Assembly: GCA_051418015.1 (NCBI GenBank)
Contig: JBPRGF010000033.1
Location: 64,001 to 128,000, forward strand
Direction: 5' to 3'
DNA from: Candidatus Nitrospinota bacterium M3_3B_026
GTDB lineage: Bacteria > Nitrospinota_A > UBA7883 > JBPRGF01
DNA: 64,000 nt
In this document: one piece after another, positions 39,103-48,474 of the stretch
Layout of the letters: every line of letters begins with the position of its first letter
How positions within the stretch are numbered: the first letter of the stretch is position 1
Notes under the pieces: generated by a model
Databases searched by the model: none
The model's input: only the letters and a program-made list of their open reading frames with translations
What the model was told of the DNA's origin: nothing
Made by a program: the position numbers and the translations under genes

Positions 39103-39684
39103 ATGTCACACGCCTGGATAACGGTGGCCGCGCTCGGCGCCGCGGCGGTCTTTTTTACGCTGCCGGCGCCCTATTCCGCCGCCGGGCCGGAGGAGGATTA
39201 CCAGAAGGGGTTCGAGCTGTACGACGAGAAAGCCGATGTCATCGCCGCCATGGAGTACCTTAAAAAAGCCGCGGACGCGGGACACGCCGGGGCCCAGGCG
39301 CTTTTGGGGTATCTTTACGATTACTCCGAGATGGACGAGGAGGCGGTGAAGATGTACGAGAAAGCCGCCGCCCAGGGAAGCGCGGAGGGCGAATACGGCC
39401 TGGGGACCATGTACGCCAAAGGGGAGGGCGTCGAGCGGGACGAGAAAAAGGCTTTCCACCTGGTAAAGTCCGCGGCGGAAAAGGGCTATTACAGGGCCGT
39501 CCTGAAGATGGTGAGCGTGTACGAAAGCGGTGAGCTGGGCCAGCCCGTGGACCCGGAAAAGAGCGCCTATTGGAAGAAGAAGCACGAAGCCATCCAGGAG
39601 AAGAAGAGGCGGGAGCGGGAGGCGGCCCGCGCGGCGGAGAAGGACGGGGAAGAAAAACAAAACGATGAAAAGAACAGGGAATGA
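39103..39684 (+). CDS. Exported Sel1-repeat protein
   Basis: Signal peptide; KAADAGHAGAQALLG, GEYGLGTMYAKGEGVERD. Confidence 0.88.
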   Translation: MSHAWITVAALGAAAVFFTLPAPYSAAGPEEDYQKGFELYDEKADVIAAMEYLKKAADAGHAGAQALLGYLYDYSEMDEEAVKMYEKAAAQGSAEGEYGLGTMYAKGEGVERDEKKAFHLVKSAAEKGYYRAVLKMVSVYESGELGQPVDPEKSAYWKKKHEAIQEKKRREREAARAAEKDGEEKQNDEKNRE

Positions 39685-40016
39685 CCGGGAACAGTTGTAG
39701 TAAAATTCAACTTTTGGCCGCTTTGGTTTTCGCTTTTTCGCTTTTCCCGGAGGCGTCATCGGGGCAGACGCGCTCTCTGAAGATCGACGAGGGAAAAAAG
39801 CTCTACGAGCGCCACTGCCTGTCGTGCCATGGAAAAAACGGCGAGCCCAGGATGCCGGGCGCGCCGGACATGAGGCGCGGCGAGGGGCTGCTGAAGCCGG
39901 AGAGGGTGATATTCGACACGATAATGAACGGGAAATTCGCCATGCCGGCCTACAGGGGTATCCTCACGGAGGACGAGGCTTTAAGCGTGATCTCATATAT
40001 CAGGATGTTCTACTGA
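39681..40016 (+). CDS. Monoheme cytochrome c (c6/c553-like)
   Basis: Signal peptide; GKKLYERHCLSCHG; distal Met in 'AMPAY'. Confidence 0.9.
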   Translation: MTGNSCSKIQLLAALVFAFSLFPEASSGQTRSLKIDEGKKLYERHCLSCHGKNGEPRMPGAPDMRRGEGLLKPERVIFDTIMNGKFAMPAYRGILTEDEALSVISYIRMFY

Positions 40017-41083
40017 TGCGGGCCTGGCTCTTCGCCTTGCTGATGACGGGGGCGGCGTCCGCCGCTTTTCCGCCACCCAGCGCGGCGTCAAACGGCGAAT
40101 GGGGCGTCAGGGAGACTTTCAAGGTCGGGGAAAACGTATACGTCCGGGCCATCACTGTGGACAAGGACAGAAACTCCATCTGGATAGGCAGCTCCGTGGG
40201 AGTCCTGGAGATAGACCTGGCCAGCCGCTCCATGCTCCACACATTCACAAGGAAAGACGGCCTGGCCAACGAGTACGTCTTCGCCATAGGGGTGGACAGA
40301 GAGGGATATAAATGGTTCGGCACGAACGCGGGAGGCGCCACAAGGTATAAAGACGGATCGTGGAAAACCTTTTTCCCCATGCACGGCCTGGCCGACTACT
40401 GGGTCTACAGCTTCACCACGCAGAGGAACGGAACCCTGTGGATCGGCACATGGGCGGGGGCCAACAGGGTGGACCCTGAGACGGGGGAATGGACGACGTA
40501 CCTGGAGGAGCTGGTCAACGAGTGGGTTTACGCCCTGGCGGTGGACTCGAAGGACCGCGTCTGGTTCGGCACGGAAGGCGGGATAAACAGGTTCGACGGA
40601 GAGAATTGGGCCGTGTGGACGCACGAGGACGGCCTGGGCGCTCCCAACCGGGACGGGCTCAAACGAAGCTCGAACACCGGCCTCGGCACCCGCTCCCGCC
40701 ACGACCTCGGCGTCCTGTCCGGAGGCAGGCCCACCTATAACCCGAACTATGTCTTCTCGCTGATAATAGAGCCGGACGACACCGTGTGGGCCGGGACATG
40801 GGGCGGTGGCGTCAGCCGCTTCGACGGGAAGAAGTGGACGAACTACACAAAAAGCGACGGGCTGGCGGGAAATATCGTTTACAGTATCGCAAGGGGCAAG
40901 GACGGGGCGTTGTGGTTCGGGACCAATGGGGGGGTTACTAGATACGACGGCAAGACGTGGACAAGCTTCGGCGTCCGCGAAGGGCTGTTCGACAGCGACG
41001 TTTACGCCCTGGCCGCAGCGCCGGACGGCGATGTGTGGGCCGGGACGAAGCACGGCGTCAGCATCATCGGGGAGACAAAATAG
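40016..41083 (+). CDS. Exported beta-propeller protein (two-component regulator propeller repeats)
   Basis: ATG at 40016; repeated DGL....V...D..G..WFGT..G units. Confidence 0.85.
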   Translation: MRAWLFALLMTGAASAAFPPPSAASNGEWGVRETFKVGENVYVRAITVDKDRNSIWIGSSVGVLEIDLASRSMLHTFTRKDGLANEYVFAIGVDREGYKWFGTNAGGATRYKDGSWKTFFPMHGLADYWVYSFTTQRNGTLWIGTWAGANRVDPETGEWTTYLEELVNEWVYALAVDSKDRVWFGTEGGINRFDGENWAVWTHEDGLGAPNRDGLKRSSNTGLGTRSRHDLGVLSGGRPTYNPNYVFSLIIEPDDTVWAGTWGGGVSRFDGKKWTNYTKSDGLAGNIVYSIARGKDGALWFGTNGGVTRYDGKTWTSFGVREGLFDSDVYALAAAPDGDVWAGTKHGVSIIGETK

Positions 41084-41098
41084 GAACGGAGAAGCGCA

Positions 41099-42385
41099 TT
41101 GAAGATAGACATTAAATGGGCGGTGGCGGCGGTGGCCATGGTTATCCTGGCGGCGGCCGCCTATACGATAGGCAGAGAACAGGGGCGCGAGGATCGGGTG
41201 TCCGCGCCGGAGGAAGCCGCCGAGCGGACGGCGAAAACCCACCCTTCCCCCGCCGTGGAGCCGGGTAAAAGAAGCCCGGGACAGGCGCATCCGCCGATCC
41301 AGCGCGGCCGCGAGACCGGCGCGCCTCAAAGGGGCGTCACACCGGCCAGGCCGGGAGATGACTACACCCACTTCCGCGTGGGCAACAGGAACGTCAAGGA
41401 CATATACGCCGACGGCCCGCTGGTCTGGGTCGGCTTTTCCGGCGGCGTGATTCGCTACGACACCAGGACAGGGGATTACCGCCTGTTCGACAACCGCAGC
41501 GGGCTCCTTTCGAACGGCGTGTTTCACGTCAGCAAGCTCGGCGACAGGATAGTAGTCGGCACTTACGGCGGCGGGATGTCCCTTTACGACAAGCAGGCCG
41601 ACCAGTGGGACAACATAAACATCCCCGACGGGCTTGGCGACCAGTTCGTCTACGATGTTCTGAAAACCTCGTCGGGCGATGTCTGGATAGCCACCTGGTC
41701 CGGCGTCAACAGGGTCCGGGGCGGGCAGCTGCGCAACCGCGGGGCGTGGGATCTTTTCACCGTGGAGAACACCGGCGGCGGCCTGCCCAACGACTGGGTC
41801 TATTGCCTCGGCGAAGGCTCCAACGGTGAGATATGGCTGGGGACCGAAGGCGGGCTGGCGCGGTTCAAGGAAGGCGAGTGGGAGAACTGGCAGCATAGCG
41901 ACGGCCTCGGCGCGCCGTATGAGAAAGTCCGCGACGACATAAAGTTCAAGAACGATCCCGGCAGCATGTCGGAGCACCACCGCAGGCAGAAGGAGGAGCA
42001 GGGGCTGGAGGGGGTCGATATAGCCTACAACCCCAACTACATAGTCTCCATGACCGTCGACAGGCGCGACGGCGTCGTCTGGGCCGGAACGTGGGGCGGA
42101 GGCATCGGCAGGTTCGACGGGACGAGCTGGAAAAACTATACCGTGGACGAGGGACTGCCCGGCAATCACATCTTCATGCTGCGCCAGGACGCCGAAGGCA
42201 GAGTATGGGCCGGGACGAACAACGGCCTCGCGCGAATGGACGCCAAGGGCGAGTTCACGGTCTACACCAGGAAAGACGGGCTGTTCAGCGACAACGTCTT
42301 CTCCATGGCCTTCGCCGGCGACGGCTCGGTATGGGTCGGCAGCTTCGGCGGCGTGGCGCGTCTGGCGGAGGGTGTTCTGGAGTAA
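41099..42385 (+). CDS. Membrane-anchored beta-propeller protein, paralog of the upstream gene
   Basis: N-terminal TM and Pro-rich linker; the same repeats; shared DGLGAP...YNPNY insert. Confidence 0.85.
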   Translation: MKIDIKWAVAAVAMVILAAAAYTIGREQGREDRVSAPEEAAERTAKTHPSPAVEPGKRSPGQAHPPIQRGRETGAPQRGVTPARPGDDYTHFRVGNRNVKDIYADGPLVWVGFSGGVIRYDTRTGDYRLFDNRSGLLSNGVFHVSKLGDRIVVGTYGGGMSLYDKQADQWDNINIPDGLGDQFVYDVLKTSSGDVWIATWSGVNRVRGGQLRNRGAWDLFTVENTGGGLPNDWVYCLGEGSNGEIWLGTEGGLARFKEGEWENWQHSDGLGAPYEKVRDDIKFKNDPGSMSEHHRRQKEEQGLEGVDIAYNPNYIVSMTVDRRDGVVWAGTWGGGIGRFDGTSWKNYTVDEGLPGNHIFMLRQDAEGRVWAGTNNGLARMDAKGEFTVYTRKDGLFSDNVFSMAFAGDGSVWVGSFGGVARLAEGVLE

Positions 42386-42565
42386 GCCCGTGGCGCCGGA
42401 GGGCCAAAGGCCGAAGGGGCCCGGCGCGCGCGGGAGGGGGTCTTTTTGAGCCTTCGCGCCGGACAGTGAAAAACGCCATCGCCGTGTTCTTTGCGCCGGA
42501 GGGCGTATGCTATGACTTGCGTTTGCTTTGATCTCCGTCGTGTTCGGCTCCCCTTGCGTCTGCCG

Positions 42566-43567
42566 ATGACGTCGGCGAGGGCGCTTGTCGCCGCGGCGTT
42601 TTTCCTCGCGGCGGCGGCTCCGCCCTTCCAGCCCGCCTCCGCCGCCGCGGCGGATAAACCCGCCTCCCGGGAAGCGGGCGAGAGGCTGGAGGCGCTGGAG
42701 GACAGGATAAGAGAAGATCCGAACGACCTCCAGGCGGTTTTTGAGAAAGCCGTCCTGCTGGCGGGCATGAACAGGATCGAAGAGGCCAAGGCCCTGTACG
42801 AGGGGCTCATAAGCGATTATCCCAACATCCCCGAGCCATACAACAACCTCGCCGCCCTCTACGCCTCCGAGGGAAGGCTTGTCGAAGCCAGGAACCTGCT
42901 GGAGACTGTCACGAACTCCCATCCCAGCCTCGCCGTCGCCCACGAGAACCTCGGCGACGTCTACGCCGCCCTGGCCGTCGCCGAGTACGGCAAGCTAAAG
43001 GAACTCGGCGAGGAGTCGGAGACATCCAGACGGAAACTGAAGGCCATCCTCGGGGTCGCGGAATATATCACTTTTACGGGGGAGCTGGCAGGAAAGGTTG
43101 AGCCGGAGGGGGAAACCGCGCCACCCGAAGAGGCTGGGGAGTCCACGGAGAAGAAGACAGTGGTGGCGGAGCCCGGCCCGCTTGTGATCGTTCCCTTCGA
43201 CCAGACGCCCCCGGAGGAGGATGTGACAATGGTATTGGAAAACTGGGCGAGGGCCTGGACAAAGATGGAGGCGGACCGCTTCCTTTCCTTTTACGGTGAG
43301 GATTACGCGGTCTCCGGCGATACGCCGGAGAACTGGAGGGAAAAGACCCGCCAGAGCATAAAAGGCAGAGAGTGGATCAAGGCGAAGGTCGAGGACATAG
43401 ACATCGAAATGCTCGGGCCGCGCCAGGCGCGCGCCAGCCTTACGCTGAAATTGTCGTCAGACAAGAAGGAGGAGACCGTCGAGAGCAGGAGCCTCACCCT
43501 CGCCAAGATAAAAGGGCGCTGGGTGATAATAGGGGATGAAAAGGAAGCCGTGGCGGCGGAACAATAA
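42566..43567 (+). CDS. Exported TPR protein with NTF2-like C-terminal domain
   Basis: PEPYNNLAALY, AHENLGDVY; WARAW...FLSFY...W.I..E. Start uncertain. Confidence 0.8.
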   Translation: MTSARALVAAAFFLAAAAPPFQPASAAAADKPASREAGERLEALEDRIREDPNDLQAVFEKAVLLAGMNRIEEAKALYEGLISDYPNIPEPYNNLAALYASEGRLVEARNLLETVTNSHPSLAVAHENLGDVYAALAVAEYGKLKELGEESETSRRKLKAILGVAEYITFTGELAGKVEPEGETAPPEEAGESTEKKTVVAEPGPLVIVPFDQTPPEEDVTMVLENWARAWTKMEADRFLSFYGEDYAVSGDTPENWREKTRQSIKGREWIKAKVEDIDIEMLGPRQARASLTLKLSSDKKEETVESRSLTLAKIKGRWVIIGDEKEAVAAEQ

Positions 43568-43681
43568 AAAAAGTCCCGGGTCTTCGCCCCGCGCGGGCTG
43601 GGAGGTATAATGAAACAGTAAAAAATCCCGCCACGGCGCGGCGGGCAATAAAAATACTTCCATCAGGAGAGGAGAGGGCGC

Positions 43682-44269
43682 ATGGCGGCGGCCGAGAAAC
43701 CCCGCGAAAAGAACATCTCCGGTCTTTTCGGCGCCTTCAACGTCGTCCGCGTTCTTTTCATCGTCATGGCCGTCTCTGTCATAGGGGCGGGCTTTATCGT
43801 CTACAAGCTTGACCGCGATCTCACCAACGGCTACGCTCAGGCCGTCGCGGGCATATCCCACGCCGGAGCCTCGCTCCTGCCAACGATCGCCTATTCCGGC
43901 CTGTTTCAGCTCTTCGCCGCCGTCTCGGGCATATCCCTGGCGGCCATATTCTACTCGCACAAGGTGGTGGGCCCGCTTTACAGGTTCACCTTTGTTTTCA
44001 AGGATACCGGCGACGGGAAAATAAGGGAGAACACGAGGATCAGGAAAACGGACCAGCTCCAGGCCATGACCGTGTCCATCAACGAGATGAAGGCGGGGTT
44101 GCGGGATTTCGTGGACGAGACCAGGGAGAAGGCCGGAAAACTGGAGAAGATGGCGGACTCCCTCGATGGCGCGCCGGAGCCCGAGCGGGCGGCGATGGAT
44201 TTCGAGACAAGAAAAGAAATCGCCTCCCTGGCCAGAAGCGTCGAGAGGCTGAAGCTCGGGAAGCCGTGA
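43682..44269 (+). CDS. Two-TM membrane protein with HAMP-like/coiled-coil C-terminus
   Basis: 'YSHKVVGPLYRF', 'IRKTDQLQ'; GGAG RBS. Confidence 0.75.
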   Translation: MAAAEKPREKNISGLFGAFNVVRVLFIVMAVSVIGAGFIVYKLDRDLTNGYAQAVAGISHAGASLLPTIAYSGLFQLFAAVSGISLAAIFYSHKVVGPLYRFTFVFKDTGDGKIRENTRIRKTDQLQAMTVSINEMKAGLRDFVDETREKAGKLEKMADSLDGAPEPERAAMDFETRKEIASLARSVERLKLGKP

Positions 44270-45075
44270 TTTTCACTAAAACTAACGCCGCGCGCGCCAT
44301 GATGGCGCTGGCCGCCTTTCTGGCGGTCTCGTTGCTGGCTTACGCAGTCATGAGGCCCGCCACGGGGCACGAGGACGCGGGCGACTGCGGCTCGTGTCAT
44401 CTCAATGATCCTCAAAAGAAGCGCAGCCGTGGTGAGCTGATCTACGTCAAGGACTTTTCGTTCATGTGCGACTCGTGCCACCCCGGCGCGAAGGCGCTCT
44501 CGCATCCCGTGGGTATGCCGGGCATGAAGGGCGCCCCGTCCGTCTTCCCGCTGGACTGGAAGGGGCAGATGACCTGCGTGACCTGTCACTTCTTCCACGA
44601 TGACGAGAACCCGTACTATCTCAGGGTGAACAAGATCCGCAAGGAGCTTTGCCTGATGTGCCACGACATGGAGTTTTTCTACGGCATGAAGGACCGCGGC
44701 GAAGCCCTCAGCGGCGCGCACCTGGAGGCGAGGGCGGCGGAGCCGAAACGGTTCGACATCGTCGACGAGGTCTCCATAGCATGCCTCTCCTGCCACGACG
44801 GGACGGTTTCCGTGGACATGGTGCGGACGCTGAATTCCGGCGGCGGATACGTGAGCCATATGAAGGGCGCGTCGCACCCGATAGGGGCGGACTATGAGGC
44901 CAAAGCCGGGGGGGACGATTCCTACACGCCCGTGTCTCAGCTCCCGCCGGAGATACACCTTCCCGGGGGCAAGCTCGGATGCGTCTCCTGCCACGCGCCA
45001 TACAGGGAAAAGCACGGGTCCATCGTGGTGAAGGGCAGGGTTACCGGTCTGTGCCTGATCTGCCACAGGAAATGA
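44266..45075 (+). CDS. Heptaheme cytochrome c (doubled-CXXCH type)
   Basis: N-terminal hydrophobic segment; CGSCH, CDSCH, CVTCH, CLMCH, CLSCH, CVSCH, CLICH; SHP motifs. Confidence 0.9.
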   Translation: MIFTKTNAARAMMALAAFLAVSLLAYAVMRPATGHEDAGDCGSCHLNDPQKKRSRGELIYVKDFSFMCDSCHPGAKALSHPVGMPGMKGAPSVFPLDWKGQMTCVTCHFFHDDENPYYLRVNKIRKELCLMCHDMEFFYGMKDRGEALSGAHLEARAAEPKRFDIVDEVSIACLSCHDGTVSVDMVRTLNSGGGYVSHMKGASHPIGADYEAKAGGDDSYTPVSQLPPEIHLPGGKLGCVSCHAPYREKHGSIVVKGRVTGLCLICHRK

Positions 45076-45090
45076 AAGGACTCTGTCGGT

Positions 45091-45402
45091 ATGAGAAATA
45101 ACGGCCCGCAAAAAAGATCAGTCCACAGGACGCCGGCTGTCCTCGCGGTGGCCTTCGCGCTGGCGTTGGCGGCGTCCGTGGCGGCGGGGAGCGAGTCCCA
45201 CCCCGTGGGGGTGAGCTACCGGCAGGCGGTGGAAAAGGACCCGTCGTCATACAACCCGCCGGAGAGCCTGCCTGCCAGGCTTCATCTTCCCGGCGGCCTG
45301 GTGGGGTGTATAACGTGCCATACGGAGCGGGGGATGGATACCGGGGAACTTGTTATGGGAAATGAAAAAAGCCAGCTGTGCGCCGCGTGCCACAGGAAAT
45401 GA
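45091..45402 (+). CDS. Small diheme cytochrome c (doubled-CXXCH type)
   Basis: Signal peptide; SHPVG; CITCH, CAACH. Confidence 0.85.
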   Translation: MRNNGPQKRSVHRTPAVLAVAFALALAASVAAGSESHPVGVSYRQAVEKDPSSYNPPESLPARLHLPGGLVGCITCHTERGMDTGELVMGNEKSQLCAACHRK

Positions 45403-45417
45403 AGGTGGTATGAGCCT

Positions 45418-45999
45418 ATGAGCGCGAAGGAGGCAGAACGGACATCGAGGCCGCCTTTCATGAGGCGCAAGTTCCTGATCCACAAGCCGGCGCAGCTCAA
45501 GCTGGTGGCGGCGCTGGCCGCCTCCGCGGCGGTGGTGAACGTGACGTCGCTGACCCTGTTGTATAACCTCTTGCGGCGGGAGATCGAGAACGCGATGTTC
45601 TCATCCCACATCAAGCTCAGGACGCTGGGGGAGCTTATTACCCCGATCGTGTTTCGGGTGAACACGTGGGCCGTTGTGGCCATCATGGCCGTCTCGGCCG
45701 CGATCATCGCCTGGGTGGTCTTCAGGATGAACAGGTCCCTGCGCCTTCTGCGGCGGGACATGGGCAGGATCGGAGCGCTCTATCTCGTCGAGGCGGGCCG
45801 GTTTGAAAGAGGCGAGGCGATAAGGAACATGATGGAAGAGTTCGACAGCATGGTCGGATCGCTCAACGAGAGTTTTTCGGAGGTCGCTTCCGCCTCGGGG
45901 CGCCTTTCGGAGATCGCCGGAAGGGAGGGAAGGATAGACCCCGCCGCTGTTAAGGAGGAGGTTCTGAGAATCAGGACGGCGCTGGAGAAGTTCGACTGA
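45418..45999 (+). CDS. Two-TM membrane protein with HAMP-like/coiled-coil tail
   Basis: 'RRKFLIHKPAQLK', 'FSSH', second TM, helical C-terminus. Confidence 0.7.
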   Translation: MSAKEAERTSRPPFMRRKFLIHKPAQLKLVAALAASAAVVNVTSLTLLYNLLRREIENAMFSSHIKLRTLGELITPIVFRVNTWAVVAIMAVSAAIIAWVVFRMNRSLRLLRRDMGRIGALYLVEAGRFERGEAIRNMMEEFDSMVGSLNESFSEVASASGRLSEIAGREGRIDPAAVKEEVLRIRTALEKFD

Positions 46000-46020
46000 C
46001 ACCCCGGCGGGCGCGTCTTC

Positions 46021-46362
46021 TCAGCACGTAAGGTGAAATGCCCCCACCACCTTCCTCGATCCCGACAGCAGCCGGTTGAACTCCGCGCAGGCGTCCTTTG
46101 TTTTCCTCGCGATAACCTTTATACCCCTGGATTCGAGCAGGGCCTTTGTCTTTTCGCCCACCTTCATCCCTCCGGAGTAGCCCGTTCCCACCACCAGCGT
46201 CTCCGGCTTGTAGTCCAGGACGCCTCCGAGGTCCTCCATGGCCAGGCTGTGCCCGTCTTTTCTGCGCCAGTTCCCCTGCACCCTGTCCGGGAAAACTATG
46301 ACGTCGGCGGTGTGCTCCTGCCCATCAATGATGATTTTCCCGAAACCGTAGGATTCGATCAT
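46021..46362 (-). CDS. Mth938-like domain protein
   Basis: MIESYGFGKIIIDG, W.RK.GH, LVVGTG, FHLTC. Confidence 0.88.
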   Translation of the reverse strand: MIESYGFGKIIIDGQEHTADVIVFPDRVQGNWRRKDGHSLAMEDLGGVLDYKPETLVVGTGYSGGMKVGEKTKALLESRGIKVIARKTKDACAEFNRLLSGSRKVVGAFHLTC

Positions 46363-46373
46363 GCGAAGCTCCT

Positions 46374-47027
46374 TCATGGTTGACGCCGCCATTGCCCCGC
46401 GGCCTTGTGCGCGGCCCGGATCGGCTCCGGGAGACGGAAGCCTTTTGCCGCCCGCAGCGTGAGGCGGACGGCGGCGCCAAGGTCCACCCTGTGTCCCACC
46501 GACACGAAAACAGGTTTCACGCCCTCTCTGGTCCGCAGAACGGCGCCAATCGTCTCTCCGTTATATTTTAGCGCCGTTTTGCATCCCCGCCGCCTTCCCG
46601 GTTCGCGGTACTCCCCGACGAGGCGTGATTTGGCGCATCCTATAGTGGGCAGGTCAAGCTCCACCCCCAGGTGGCAGGCCAACCCGAACCGCCTGGGATG
46701 GGCAAGACCCTGCCCATCGACGATTATGATATCCGGCCTCGCCTCAAGCTTTTCGAAAGCCTCCATGATGACGGGGACCTCCCGAAAACCCAGAAGACCC
46801 GGGATGTACGGAAACTCCACCGGGCTCTCGGCGGCCGCCTCTTCGATCGGCGCCATGCCGGGAAAGGAGAGCATCACCACGGCCGCGCGGGCGGCGGCGC
46901 CTCTCACGCTCACGTCCACTCCGGCGATTGTCTCCACTTTTCCGAAAGTGGCCGCCGTTATCACGCGGCGGCTGAGCTTCTTTTGTATCTTCACCGCCTC
47001 AGCGGGCGTGAGTTTTTCTGATCTCAT
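46374..47027 (-). CDS. nfi: Endonuclease V
   Basis: AGVDV, FPYIPGLLGFRE, VDGQGLAHPRRFGLACH, IGCAKS, VSVGH, RLPEP. Confidence 0.95.
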   Translation of the reverse strand: MRSEKLTPAEAVKIQKKLSRRVITAATFGKVETIAGVDVSVRGAAARAAVVMLSFPGMAPIEEAAAESPVEFPYIPGLLGFREVPVIMEAFEKLEARPDIIIVDGQGLAHPRRFGLACHLGVELDLPTIGCAKSRLVGEYREPGRRRGCKTALKYNGETIGAVLRTREGVKPVFVSVGHRVDLGAAVRLTLRAAKGFRLPEPIRAAHKAAGQWRRQP

Positions 47028-48474
47028 ACAACCTGAGCGTTTTTTCGATGGGGTCGCCCCGCCTCGCCGCAAAAACCGCGACCGGGTGGGCGGAGCCCAT
47101 TTTCAGGCCGCCGATGTCGTCCAGGACGAACTCTCGCCGGAAACGGGGCCATGCGCTTTTGACGGTGTTTTCCAGTCCGTCCGCGTTTTCGACGCTGACG
47201 ACAGGCGCTCCGGCCCGATACAGGTCGAAAAGCCGCTCCGACGAGCCCATGTAGAATACGGCGTCCCGGCCCCGCGTGTCCACCCATTCGAACAGCCTGG
47301 CCGAGGGCGGCTCCTGTGTTGTCCGCGCCGTGTAGTCCACCCCGAGGGCTAGCCACATTCCCGCGGCGAGGAGCGCGGCCGTGCCGGGGCGCCGCCTTGC
47401 GAGGGGAGCGAAGAGCATCACCGCCGCAAAGACGAGCGGGAGGAAATGCCGCGCCTTCTCCACGTTCTGCCCCACCGCCGCCCAGGCAAGGTAAAAGAGC
47501 GACGCGGCGGCGAAAAACCTCGTGGAATCGGGATATTCGTTTCTGTCTCTCCACGCGAGGGCCGCTGCCGACAAGGCGGCGATCATCCACGGGAGGCGGA
47601 GGGCCAGGCTTCCGTTCCCCGTATACCCAAAGACCTCAAGGAGCCTTTCGCCAAGCGCGTGGATGCGCCCCTCGGCGCCGTTGACCGACGTCGCCGCCCC
47701 GCCCCACGTTGTGAAATGCCCGGCGACGTGAGCCAGCCCGGCCTCGAAAAATCCGCCGGGGCCGGTTATCAGAAGCTGCGGCGCAAGCCAGGCGAAGACC
47801 CCGCCCGAAAGACCCGCTATGAAAAACCGGGCTCCGCCATGGCGCCAGGCGAACACGCCGCCCGCCATTGCGTAAGGCCACCATGAAAGCCGGACGCCGA
47901 GGGTAAGGCCGAGCGCAAGGCCGAAGGCGCTCCACCGGCCCCGGCCGTTTTTTCCCGCTTCGCCCCCGAGGGTGAAAGCCGCCGCCAGCAAAAGAGCGCC
48001 GCCGAAAGCCTCTGTGTAAATCTTGTGCGACAGCTCGAAAAATACAGGGTTCGCCGCAAGTGAGAGGGCCAGCGCCGCCGCGCCGAGCCGCGCCCCGGCC
48101 ATGAGGAAAACAAGCGCCAGCGCCGCCGCGCCGGAGATTATGGACAGCGCTGCAAGCGCCGCCTCGGGCGAGGCCGTGAGCCTGTTCAGGAGCTTGCCCG
48201 CGGCCATGTATACGGGATAGCCGGGGAAATGGGGCTGGTGGAAGGCGACATCGTAATCGGCCACGCCAAGGACGAGGTTCACCCCGTCCTGTCCGCCGGG
48301 CCAGGGGGAGGCGGTGTAAAACGACACCGATACGAAAACGAATAGAGGAGGCAGGATGTAAAGAAGCTGGGGTTTGTCCGTCTTTTCGCTTCCTTTCTCT
48401 CCGCGGGCCGGCCGGCGCGGGTCAGACCGCCACGGAACCCGCCTCGATGACGCCTTCTCCGCCGCCAGGCTCAT
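46999..48474 (-). CDS. Polytopic membrane protein, GT-C/DUF2723-like
   Basis: 'DGVNLVLGV.DYD...HQPHFPGYPVY' loop after the first TM; about 10 TMs. Start uncertain. Confidence 0.65.
   Translation of the reverse strand: MSLAAEKASSRRVPWRSDPRRPARGEKGSEKTDKPQLLYILPPLFVFVSVSFYTASPWPGGQDGVNLVLGVADYDVAFHQPHFPGYPVYMAAGKLLNRLTASPEAALAALSIISGAAALALVFLMAGARLGAAALALSLAANPVFFELSHKIYTEAFGGALLLAAAFTLGGEAGKNGRGRWSAFGLALGLTLGVRLSWWPYAMAGGVFAWRHGGARFFIAGLSGGVFAWLAPQLLITGPGGFFEAGLAHVAGHFTTWGGAATSVNGAEGRIHALGERLLEVFGYTGNGSLALRLPWMIAALSAAALAWRDRNEYPDSTRFFAAASLFYLAWAAVGQNVEKARHFLPLVFAAVMLFAPLARRRPGTAALLAAGMWLALGVDYTARTTQEPPSARLFEWVDTRGRDAVFYMGSSERLFDLYRAGAPVVSVENADGLENTVKSAWPRFRREFVLDDIGGLKMGSAHPVAVFAARRGDPIEKTLRLYEIRKTHAR

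Noticed and set aside
40088..42943. 951-aa ORF on the - strand (likewise 22396..24366, 21180..22712, 36081..37670 and 5874..7481)
   Set aside because: These are antisense shadows of well-supported genes.
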